A DNA stretch of 63,917 nucleotides, the filler included, from Klebsormidium nitens (taxonomy: Eukaryota; Plantae; Klebsormidiophyceae): NCBI GenBank assembly GCA_000708835.1. It is 6 parts of 6 records of this genome, joined end to end, with 100 filler letters (N's around TTAATTAATTAA, not from the genome) between each part and the next. Parts side by side here need not be neighbours in the genome. Positions count along the whole stretch, not along the records: positions 31,195 to 51,367 come from DF237934.1; positions 51,468 to 57,498 come from DF237369.1; positions 57,599 to 60,087 come from DF238679.1; 3 more parts are not named here. One strand, given 5' to 3'. The notes beneath the pieces were generated by a model. That model did not search any database. It worked only from the letters and a program-made list of their open reading frames with translations, and was not told the DNA's origin. A program made the position numbers and the translations under genes. Shown here piece after piece: positions 49,065-60,187 of this stretch (the first letter of the stretch is position 1; each line of letters starts with the position of its first letter).

Positions 49065-51367
49065 CTTGCCCGTGGACACCCCCTTGCCAACGATATAGTA
49101 GCCCAACACCAAGCACCGCAGCTCTGCCACCAGCTGATCGAACAGGTCGCACGACAGCTTCGTCTGCATCTCGTGTAGGCCCCTCAGCAGCGACGTCGGA
49201 GCATTCTGTCCAGAGTGGAGCTCCACCAAGGCCTGCAGCGCTTCCTCCCAGGACTTCCCTAAGAGCACCTTCTGCACGAGCTGAGCGGCAAATCGCGGAC
49301 GCCCCACGAGGATGTGCACCCGGGCGCCTTCTGGGGGGCTCTCGAGGAACTCCTGCGCGTACTGGAGCGCACCGTCCATGGTGAAGGGGGGAAAGTCGGT
49401 GAAGGACGCCAGCTGAGCTGCGCCTTCCTCGCTGACGGCAGAGTCGAGCTGCTGCGATAGCCGGAGGCTGAGCCCTGTGCCTGCACGGACCAGGGCACCC
49501 ATTACTGCGTTAAACTCCGGGAGATGACGAGTTAGGACCCATCTTTTCCCACTACTCCGGGAAAAGACGGGTTGCAATCAAGCAAGAGGGGCCAGCTCAG
49601 TGACTGCTGGACAGCCTGCATGTAAAGACTGACTTCAGAGACAATTGGCAGGCTCCAAGAATTGCTGTGCTGCAGACAGAGGGCTGATATGCGCTGAGCA
49701 ATATCGAGCAAATGAATGTCAAGAGCGTCAAACCTGCCATGGGGACTGACTGGCTCTTCCAAGACGTACCCGTCAGGTTAAAGTGAAAGTGCGCGAAGAC
49801 GCTATGGTGCAGGCTCCGAACCAAACCGTTCAGCAGCGGGCGCCCCTCCGTTTTGTCACGGCTTGGAAAGTACCCGTCCATCTNNNNNNNNNNNNNNNNN
49901 NNNNNNNNNNNNNNNNNNNNNNNNNNNNNNNNNNNNNNNNNNNNNNNNNNNNNNNNGGAGAAACTCTTGGGCGTACTGGAGCGCACCGTCCATGGTGAAG
50001 GGGGGGAAGTCGGTGAACGACGCCAGCTGAGCTGCGCCCTCCTCGCTGACGGCAGAGTCGAGCTGCTGCGATAGCCGGAGGCTAAGCCCTGTGCCTGCAC
50101 GGACCAGGGCACCCATTACTGCGTTAAACTCCGGGAGATGACGAGTTGGGACCAAGACACCAACTACTCCGGGAAAAGACGGGTTACACTCAAGCAAGAG
50201 GGGCCAGCTCAGTGACTGCTGGACGGCCTGCATAGAAAGACTGGCTTCAGAGACATTTGGCAGGGTCCGAGAATTGCTGTGCTGCAGACAGAGGGTTTAT
50301 ATGCGCTGAGCGATATCGAGCAAATGAATGTCAAGAGCGTCCTGCCATGGGGACTGACTGGCTCTTCCAAGACGTACCCGTCAGGTTAAAGTGAAAGTGC
50401 GCGAAGACGCTATGGTGCAGGCTCCGAACCAAGCCGTTTAGCAGCGGGCGCCCCTCCGACTTGTCGCGGCTCGGAAAGTACCCGTCCATCTCCCGCATTC
50501 CAGCTTGCGCCTCATCCAGGAAGGTGTTGAAGAAGTCCTGATTAGTCAGCCTTCGCAGCTCCTCCATCACCGCTTGCAGCTTGAGCTCCAACGCCTCTCG
50601 TGACAGGCTCAGCAGGCAACCCCAAGTCTTCAGCAGCCAGTCCTGGAAATATACAAGAGGCCTATGAGCGATTTGGGAGCGACGAAGAAAGAGGTGATGG
50701 CAATGAGATGCAACTGCAAAGACCGTGGAAAGGAGAAAGCGTGAAAGAGAAATCATGTTTCAGAAGCTATCCGAGAGCAAAGGGACTGGCATCGGATGAT
50801 GTCTGCACCCCTGCTTCCAGGAGCTGTTCTTCCAAGGAGCAGCCCTCACCTCCTGTGCACTGATGCTGATGCCGATGAGCTGGAACAGGAGGAAGCCCTT
50901 GGGGCTGGCTTGGTCTTGGTGCTGCCTCAGGTACTCGCGCAGGCCCAACGCAGAAGCGAGCAGAATGCGTGCGACGAACTTCTCCATGTCGTGGAGCCGC
51001 TGGTCACGAAATTCTTTCAGGCGAGGAATGTCACCCTCAATGGCCTCATATCGCAGCCCATACTTCTCACGGAGTCGAGCGATTGCCTCCCGAAGAATGT
51101 TTGTGCCAGGCTCCTTCTCTGTGGAGAAACTCAGGTAAAAGCTGTACTCATGGCAGGATGCCTCAAGCGCCGTGCGGGACTTCCCGCCTCCTGAAGGCGC
51201 GATGAGCGCAGTCGCGCGCGTTTGCACCTGGTCCTGGCCCTTCCCTGATGCGTGGAGCTGCTGAATCTCCGCCAGCAGCGTCTGTGCGTTCGTTAGGCCA
51301 GGCTCGTTGCGTTCGGGAAGCTTCGTGAGCAGCAGACTTGGTGAATTCCGGAAGTACACAACAGGAA
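49065..51367 (-). CDS. Crinkler (CRN)-type P-loop NTPase gene, partial and internally duplicated. Exons: >51367-50850, 50642-50378, 50094-(gap), duplicate 49883-49770, 49480-<49065
   Basis: Walker A ALIAPSGGGKSRT, RILLASALGL...FLLFQL, Walker B FLDEAQ, RPLLNGLVRSL, spliced NLT|GTGLSL and LVGRPRFAAQLV match the motif order I recall for Crinkler-associated NTPases. Confidence 0.7.
49340..50497. repeat. Diverged direct duplication with period 614 bp, spanning a 73-N gap
   Basis: About 49340-49883 matches about 49957-50497. The same splice acceptor lies at 49480 and at 50094. Confidence 0.9.
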
Positions 51368-51467
51368 NNNNNNNNNNNNNNNNNNNNNNNNNNNNNNNNN
51401 NNNNNNNNNNNTTAATTAATTAANNNNNNNNNNNNNNNNNNNNNNNNNNNNNNNNNNNNNNNNNNNN

Positions 51468-53430
51468 CGGACACTACGCCGGCTATATGGGCTAAAGCTT
51501 CTGTGCATCTAGTTTATAAAGGCAACGACGCGGACACCCTTGCGGTCGAATCATACCGTCCGATTTCGCTCACATCCAATGTCATGAAAATATTCGAGCG
51601 AGTTCTACTAAACCGCTGCATGAAGCACCTTGATGAATCCAATATCTTACCGGAAGAGCAAGCGGGATTTCGAACCGACCGATCATGCCTAGATCAAATA
51701 TATATCCTTCGCGAGATACTGGACTCGTTTCGTGCGGCTTGAAAAGGAGTCTGCGGTTGTTTCATAGATTTGAAACAAGCCTTTCCGTCCACCTGGCGAC
51801 GCAATTTGGCATCGTCTCCGCGAAGCAGGAATTGCTGGCAAAATGTTTCGAATCCTGCAGTCTCTATATATAAACAACGAATCTAGCATTATTACGCCGT
51901 ACGGTCTTACTGACCCGTTCAAAACCGACCTTGGAACGCGCCAGGGTGCTGTGCTGAGTCCATTGCTGTTTTCAGTTGTAATTTCTCCGCTTATTGATGA
52001 ACTTCGTAGCAAGAACTTAGGGCTACGAGTGAGCACCCTTCTCATACCCGGCCTCTTTTATGCAGACGATATCGTATTGCTGGCCGACAATCCGAAGGAA
52101 CTTCGAGCTATTCTCGACTATGCAACCATTTTTTTCCGTAAATGGCGTTTCACAATCAACTCGAAAAAGTCAAAAGTTGTTATTTTTGGAGAGGAATTTC
52201 TAGCTCATAGCGATCGAGCCGACTCTCACTTCATCTTATCAGGCTCCACTCTGGAACTTGTTGACCACTATAAATATCTTGGAGTAATCTTTCAAAACGA
52301 TGGAAAGTGGGATATGGCTATAGAGTCGAACATGGTGAAAGCACAAAAATCGCTCGGGGAACTACTTCAAGCCGGTATTGGAGATGACGGACTGCAGGTT
52401 GGGCATAGCTGCAGACTCTATTTAAGCTGTGCATTCCCTCAATTACTTTACGGCTCAGAAATTATACACGTTCTCCAAACACTTATGAAGTCGGTTGAAA
52501 CAAACCTCAACAAAGCAGCTCGAATTATATTCGGCAAGAAAGGTGATTCTAATGTTATTTGGGAAGCCTTGAGAGGAGATCTTGGCTGGCTTTCAATGCA
52601 ATCCCACTTCGATCTTGCTAAGCTTCGCTTTTTTGGACATATCTGCAGATGTCCGGCCAGTCGTCTGCTCAAACAAATATTCTCTTCAAGACTCGCTCAA
52701 ATGAATGCATCCAAAGAGCTTGACTACTCTGCCCGTCAGTTCACTGCCCGGAAACGGCTTCCGCCCTGGATTTAGGAGCTGCTATCAAGGATCCTTCCTA
52801 AATACAACCTTCGTGAATTTGCCGACCCCATCAAAACAGAGCGACTTCTCAAAACAACTTGGTGTAATCTAGCAAAAGGACGAGTCACAAGATATGACTT
52901 CGAAGATCTATTCTCAAGCTCACAAAATAGGGGAACTGCAGCCGGGCAATTCTACGCACACATTCGGGGAAATTCGCGTAAACCAGTTCGTTACATTTGG
53001 AAGTTCGACCGCACGTCCACGCTTTTCAAATTCTACCTTCGTTCGCACTCCTTCGGGCTTCAAGCACGTGTGGTTCATAACAAACCGACCCCCTTAGCCT
53101 CGAATGCCTCGAAGATTTGCAGAATATGCACAAGCAACTCTGAAATTGAGGACGAAGTGCACTTCCTGATGATATGCCCAGCTTACAATGAAATTCGCCA
53201 ACGGATGGTCCTTCAGATCAACCACAACATGATGAAACTAGGACTCCTTAGAGAATGGACGGATTTCTCAAGTACAAGTAGGACAAATCAGACTTACTAT
53301 CTGCTCGGCCGCCTCGAAAACGGATGGAAGCAATCGGCGGCTGAAGTCATTGACGAAGCCTTTCCTTCTTGCAGCAATCAATATTCGAAACTTGAAGCTG
53401 ATCCCTTAAACACTTATCAAGCTCATCACG
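51468..53430 (+). mobile_element. Decayed non-LTR retrotransposon (LINE ORF2: RT plus C-terminal CCHC finger; RTE-X-like, clade uncertain)
   Basis: YRPISLTSNVMKIFERV, QAGFR, FIDLKQAF, GTRQGAVLSPLLF, LFYADDIVL, YKYLGV and CRIC...EDEVHFLMICPAY. Stops at 51740-51742 and 52773-52775, and a frameshift near 51798. Confidence 0.92.
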
Positions 53431-53604
53431 GTATAAGTTCTGATATAAGCAGTGACGCAAGCATCTATAGCTTGACTCACGCAACCGGGCACGCAACCGA
53501 AGGTACTCCGCGAAGTGCAAAAAGGAGAAAAATGTCGTTTTTGGCCAGGTTCGAACTCTGGACGTTTCGCCCCTAGGAACACGCATATTTTTCCTTCATA
53601 ATTA

Positions 53605-53910
53605 AGACCTGTGAGTATAGACACCCAGGTCGGGACCTACCGCATCGGACGGCCCAGAATCGCGCACTCGATCTCGCACGCGCGACAGATTCCTCTCTGT
53701 AACTTCTTCTCCGGATATTGCTCAGGCCTAATTTGCTAAACAGAGGCCACTTGGACTTACGGACTAGTGACATTTAGACCTGTGAGATATGGACAACGAC
53801 ATACAGCATTGCCTGGCCATCGGACGGCTCAAGTTTTCGCGCTGATCTTCACACGCGCAGCGAAAAGCGGCGCGCGTCTTCTTCTCCCGATATTGCTCCT
53901 GAAACTCAAG
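53605..53910 (+). repeat. Degenerate direct repeat pair, period about 171 bp
   Basis: The blocks AGACCTGTGAG (53605, 53776), CATCGGACGGC, CACGCGC and CTTCTTCTCC(G/C)GATATTGCTC occur in the same order in both copies. Confidence 0.7.
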
Positions 53911-56900
53911 ACCTAAAACGGTAACCAGAACTTCTTAGCTTTGTTCCCCGAGCGCCCTCTCCCGACCACTTTGTGGCTCCTTTATGTAGAATAGTTTCGC
54001 ATATTCTAATGTGCAGATTTACCTTGTTCTCTGTCCATGCGCTTGGCGGAAGATTCTAAACAGAATCGGTCACTTAACATTGAAATACGGTCTTCGGTTA
54101 CCGATTCTCAACCTCTACAGCTGTTATCTTTTTCTGCCCTCTAATCTTTACGTAAAACCTGACCCTCAATTTTCAAATCGACAAATTTGATGCTTGCGCG
54201 CTAGTGTATTTTCTCTCGCAGGACACGGAGGCACGCACGGGACTTCAACACGGTTCTACACTGAAGCACACTGGAGTACCTTTTCCCCTCCACAAAAGGC
54301 GGGCCCAAGTTAAAAGCCAAGGGACCTCGGAGGGGTTTTTAACGGCTCCAATGTAGTCATATAGACATTCTTCAATGTAGAATCGTGGTAGAAGTTGCCG
54401 TAGCGTTGCCTATAAAGAACCTGAAATTTTAACGTACGGTAGTATAAGTGGCCCGATTAGTCATAGAATCGGCGTATACGCCTCTAGCTGCTTGCGGTAG
54501 TCCTATGCTCTTTTTGGGTCTGTAGGAGCATAGGATGTGAACCATTGACACAGACCCTCTCCGTACCGGTAAAACGGTCGGATTGTAAATAACACCATTA
54601 CGTACGCCGCAGCACCGCTGACCAATTCGAGCTGGGTCCGACCTAAGGTTATCGGACGCTCCGCAATGATATCAGCCAACTTCTCTTCCTCTCAACAGAC
54701 GCGTTTCGAGGTTTTCAAGACCCAAAGATTGTGCACAAGTTGTCCGGGAGCTTGAAAGGTTCGAGCGAGATTTTGACTGCGACAAAAAACGTAATAAAAA
54801 TATGCTACTAAGTTCCCCGCAGTAAAAGAGAAAGTTAAAACAGGTAAATACCATGCTCATGAGGAGCGGCCTGTCAGCTTCCCGTTTTGCAGCTGTGCTG
54901 CCGCCATCAGTCGCTTTCCATACACCAAAGTTTATCACACGAGTATGCAGCATGAGCTACGTTGCCCGTTTCCCGAGCAGTTGGCTTCGGTCGATGTAAG
55001 TTGCAGGTCATCATGAGGAAAACCCTCACGATCACGTTTCGTCACAGCCGCTTGCACCTAATCTTCCGACTGAAAATGTTGGTAAACACGCAATTCACAG
55101 GAAAGTGGATGCGCATCGCACACAAAAAGCTTCATGAGAATGGAGAGGCTGCATACAGTGGCTCGTATTAGGCCCTCGACGCCTTCATCACGAGCACTTC
55201 ATCTGCTTGTCTTCGCTCTAGGCGATGGGCGAGAAGTCCGCCCTTCGTTTGTCTGAGTTATCATAGCCATCCCTGTCTGATCGTTATTCCGTTTCGGCAC
55301 CCTCGGTCTGGGAAAGACCACGTCTTTGCTTTCTAGCACAAAGATTGTGCCCGCGAAAGGACTGCGTTAATTAGACGATTGCGCATTCATGTTTTTCAGA
55401 TGAATGTCAGACAAGGACAGAAAGAGCAGCGACCGCAGCTACTGATTTCGCATGAATGGTACTTCCGGTTCCAAAGAAGCGCTTGATGGTGATCGATCAA
55501 CGAACTTATCTCACATGGGCGACTTGAAGAAAAGGATGTCTAGCCGTTGAAGGAAAACGCCACCTCTCCAATCGTGCAAAGCAGCGACAGCATTCGTCCA
55601 TGCAGAATCCAGCTGGTGAGCAGACCTATTGGCAGGCGAAATCAAGTTTATTGAAACGAAAGCGTGATGCATGGCGGGCAGACTTTCTTCGAAAAGCGAT
55701 ACCGTCAGGTCAGAGCCAATCCCCGGACTCGCAAAACGCAAACAGGTCACCTTACGCCGGGCCCGGCTCGAATCTAGCGTCTCGGCTTTCAAGATCTGCC
55801 GTCAGATCAAGCTTTGCCTAGATATCCGTCACTGAACGGAAGGAGACCTGGCCAAGAAGTCGCATGGCTTCAAGGTGCCGCTTGATTGGCAATAAAGACC
55901 AGCCGCGAAATCAGCCTTCGAACCAGTATACATTCTTCAAAAAATGAACGTGGGCATCACGAGCGTTCAGACGATCTCTTAACCACGAAAAAAGCTTCGT
56001 AAATCTTGAAGACATCTTGTGGTTTCCAATTATTCCGAAAACGCCCCCTTTGATTTAGAAAAGCGACAAGAGCGTGAGTCTCTTTCACGAGGTTTCACGA
56101 AAGCGACCAAACGAGCTTGACGAAACGTTGCAGAGCCCATCACGCTGAGTCGAGCACTTTATTTGTCAGACAAAAAGGTGATTAAACAGCTGCACGCTCT
56201 TCAATTGCCACTCATACCGACGAAAAGCTCATCGATGTGCCCAGCAGGAGGCCATCGAACACGAGGCCTGGTCGATTCAACACGTCAGAAGCTCAAGCAA
56301 AGCAGACCTTTGTGGCAGCGCTTGTCGCCCGGACGACTTAAGCGAAAGGTACCGCGTAATTAGCGACTCAAAACGGGACGTCTTCCAAATGCATATCTGG
56401 ACCCAGTTAATTTGCCGAAGTGGAGGACAACCGTGAGAGGTTAGCGAGGTCTGGCGGCAGATCGATATCAGCGGTGTCCCTCAGCCGCAACTTAGAAAAG
56501 AAGCACATCCTCAGACTTGCAGCATGATAGAGATAAGAACTTGAAAACGCCCTCGCAATGATTTCTTAGAGGAGCATCAGAGCACCATGAGCAAACTGTA
56601 CTGAGAGGGTGAAACCCAAAAAGGTGCGCTGGCATCACAGCCCCACAGGCACCACTGCACTTGCTTGAACGGGATCCGACCGGAATCGACGCGGTAAAAC
56701 GCACACCTTTTGAACCTCGCATCCAGGAATCTCTCGATCTGGCGCCTGGGCGATAAACGAAGGTATTGCATTTTTTCTGGAGTCTCCCGCGGCTGGTAAA
56801 AGTTCTCGAGACAAGATGTACAAAGCAACGGCGGCTTGTTATTCTGACTTCACTAAGTTCTTAGATGAATTACTTGTACATGTTGCAAAAGGACCGTTGA

Positions 56901-58654
56901 TTCAAGCCATGCTAAACTTCTGTGATCCTCCAGAGTTGTCAGGATCACAGAGATTTAAGAGAGTATCATATACTTTCAATATCGGTGCGAGTTCTAAAAA
57001 GGCAACTGTTGAAACGCGTAAAGGCTCCACCAAGTGGGGAAGCGCTGCAGCTCTGTATGTACCGTTTCCTTGTGGCTTAGCACTGCAGGGACTGCAGAGA
57101 TCAAAAATTGCTATTCGCAAATGCTCCGCCTCATCATAGCCAGGGCAGTGAAAAGGTATGGAAAAGAAAAGATGAACGAAGAAGACGATGTGAGAGCGTT
57201 AAGATGCACCCACAGTCGGCCTGTGACAGGAAACTAGCTATATCATAACCCGCGAAGATGGGAAAATGGGCAGTGGATTCTAAAGAGTTGGTGACATGCG
57301 CATGCGAGACCAAAAGTGACCGGACAGAACTACGATGAACGAAGGGCTGGTACACAGCTCTTGCTCTCAAATTTCCGGCTTCATGCTATTGGAAATCCCC
57401 ACCTTGAGGAGCGTCCTCAAGTGATGCAATCACAGCCACGTGCCCCAACTAAATTGAGCGCCCAAAAGGCAAGAAAGCCCATATTCCAAAGCGGTGAANN
57501 NNNNNNNNNNNNNNNNNNNNNNNNNNNNNNNNNNNNNNNNNNTTAATTAATTAANNNNNNNNNNNNNNNNNNNNNNNNNNNNNNNNNNNNNNNNNNNNCA
57601 TGCGAGCTTGCGACGTCGGCACATGTGCAAGCTCTCGGCTGGGCACGGGACGTGGAGGCAATGGACATTAAGATTCTGCTGTGCTAAGTGGCCGCGGACT
57701 GGTTGCTGAACCGGAAGCCATGAAAAAGGCTGGCTGGCTATGCAGGAAAGCGCCTGGCGAAGTGGTCCATATGGTGCGACCACTCGCACAAAGAATGGCG
57801 AGAGGAATCAGAAAGTCCTGAATGTCTACGAGCTATACGAAAGTCACTGGTGAAACGTAACGCTATCTACGAACTGAGTCTAAAAGCTATATACTGTATG
57901 GAAAGTGCCGTAACGTCGCTGAGGTCCCGGGGGACCGATCCAAAGCTATCGAACTAGAAGTCGTCGAATGTCATGGAAGAAGAGGAAGCGTAACGCTAAC
58001 ACTGAGTTATACTAAGAAGGCTACAACTACGAAAGACCTGCAAGGAACGCCGTGTGGCCGCAAGGGCCGTGGCGACATGCTGGCGCGCATATGTCTAGGC
58101 GCTGCCAGTCGTGAGCCGTCAGATGCGGCATCAACGGTTATTATGCATAGATATCGTATCTAGATATTAGCAAGATTCGGCACAACCCGGTAGGAACCGG
58201 TGCGTACCGTGTGCTAGACTTGCAATCGAGGCCGTTGACCGGCCAATATCAGCGGCGCTAGGAGCCGTGACGTTATAAGAGATGCACGGTATATGCTAAG
58301 GGCGCTTCAGAGCGCGCATGATGGACAAGGGCCGCGGCGGCTTGAACCGCGCTTGGGCCGGAAGATGCAGGTCGCGCGCTCGGGGGCGCAGCGCACTCGA
58401 TGCAAAACACACTCGATGTCATCGGGCATGACAATTATGAGTCGCAGACTTGCAGTACGTGCACATGCATAGACTCAGTCAGTATGTCCGTTTTGAATTC
58501 AACCGGATCCGGCCATCCGACGGCGGATCTGGCTCGGGGTTTAACCCGCGGTCGCACTGCGCGTTAATGACACAAGTCCGCGCGACCCGCGCGCGTATAG
58601 CTACCGGGGGATTCGCGAAGGGCTCGGAAAGCTAGCGCCGTTACACTTTCGCCT

Positions 58655-58976
58655 TGAACAAAACGCGACTTGACGTGGGAGCTTATTTGCAAGGGCAAGA
58701 CGTCTTTGCCCGACTCTCTGTCGCGTCAGCGCAAGGGGTTCAGGGTTTTAGCAAGTCGTCAGTCGATGCGGCGCGGCCGGGGCACGGGAGCGCGCGCGCG
58801 ATATTTATCCCCCGGCCGCTCCAAACTGACGCCTCAATAGGGCTATGTTGCTTACTTGGGCATTCCCTGCCCTTAAACCTTTGGCACATTCGATTCATAT
58901 GGGCCGTCACCTGTTGCATCCTGAGGCAAGCAAGCATTCCCCTGCCTAATATTCCGTCTAACTTCAACACTCCCCC
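58655..58976 (-). mobile_element. Polypurine tract and probable 3' LTR of the copia element; distal LTR end uncertain
   Basis: On the - strand GGGGGAG (58976-58970) is followed directly by TGTTG (from 58969), just after the RNase H stop. A TATA-like GATAAATA lies at 58809-58802. Confidence 0.65.
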
Positions 58977-58999
58977 ATGCATTAAGTATCCTACACGAT

Positions 59000-60087
59000 T
59001 CATATCTCTCTCCTACATTTTGCAAACTTTCCGGGTGCCAACGCCTTGGTTAAAATGTCCGCCTTCATGTCTTCCGTCTTGCAATACGCGAACCCGACCT
59101 TCTTCGGCGCCACCCACTTTCGCGCAAAGTGATGAATCACGTCGATGTGCTTCAACCGCTGCGAAGCGATCGATGCTTGAAGAGCCGGATCGCCCCTTGG
59201 TTGTCGCAGTAGATCTGGACCGTTCCGAGGTCCAACTCAAGATCTCCCCCGAGTCCAACTCAACGCCTCCTTCACCGCTTGCGCTGCGCTCATGTACTCC
59301 GCCTCTACGTCGAGGCCGCCACCGTTGGCTGCAGCCTGCTCGACCAGCTCACCGCCCCCTCGTAAATCACGAAGACGTATCCCGTTGTGGCCTTGCGTCC
59401 ACGTCACCCGCGTAATCCTTTTCACAATAATCGACGAGATTCTCCTCGCTCGGCCCCCCGCCCTCTGCCATCCCCGCCAAATAGTGCACAACTTCAAGCG
59501 CCGCCCGCCAGTGCGCCTTTGTCGGCCCCGCCATGTAGTGCGTAAGCGCGCCCACCGCCTGTGCGATGTCGGGCCTCGTGCGTACCAGTACACTGAGGTA
59601 CAGCAGGCTTCACACACTCGCTGCATGGAAACCGCTTTGTGTCGACCCCCTCACCCTCCTTCGTTAACTTGTCCCCCGTTCCAAGAGGAACGCTACGCGC
59701 CCTCGCGTCCGCCAGTCCGTAACGTCCGACCAGCTCCCCCGTCAGCTTCTTCTGCGTTAGCTTCAGGGTGCGCGCCTCCCTGTCGCGCGTCAGCTCCATT
59801 TCGAGGAAGTACGTCGCCTCCCCCAGATTGCGCACGTCGAACTTCTCCGCCAAGTGCGCCTTCACTTTCGCAATCCGCTCCGCTCCACGGGCCGCCACAA
59901 GGATGTCGTCCACCCACGACCCGAGGTAGACCAGCTCCCCGGCTACAATCCCCGTGAAAAGCGCTGCGTTCGCGATGGACGCGACGAACTCGAAGTTCCC
60001 GAGCTCCCCCTTTAGGCGCATGTGCCACGCACGCGGCGCCTGGCGCAACCCGTACAAGGTGCGCTTGAGGCGGCAGACCATCTCCGG
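59000..60087 (-). mobile_element. Decayed Ty1/copia LTR retrotransposon, RT and RNase H region; 5' part lost in a gap
   Basis: CRLKRTLYGLRQAPRAW, WVDDILV, LGEATYFL, DYAGD, EAEYMSAAQAVKEAL, IYCDNQGAI, KHIDVIHHF and DMKADILTKAL, with several frameshifts. Confidence 0.95.
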
Positions 60088-60187
60088 NNNNNNNNNNNNN
60101 NNNNNNNNNNNNNNNNNNNNNNNNNNNNNNNTTAATTAATTAANNNNNNNNNNNNNNNNNNNNNNNNNNNNNNNNNNNNNNNNNNNN

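Noticed and set aside
48190-49577. Long ORFs of 250-400 aa in the ORF track
   Set aside because: They are mostly translated N runs. Only the 49065-49480 part is real coding sequence.
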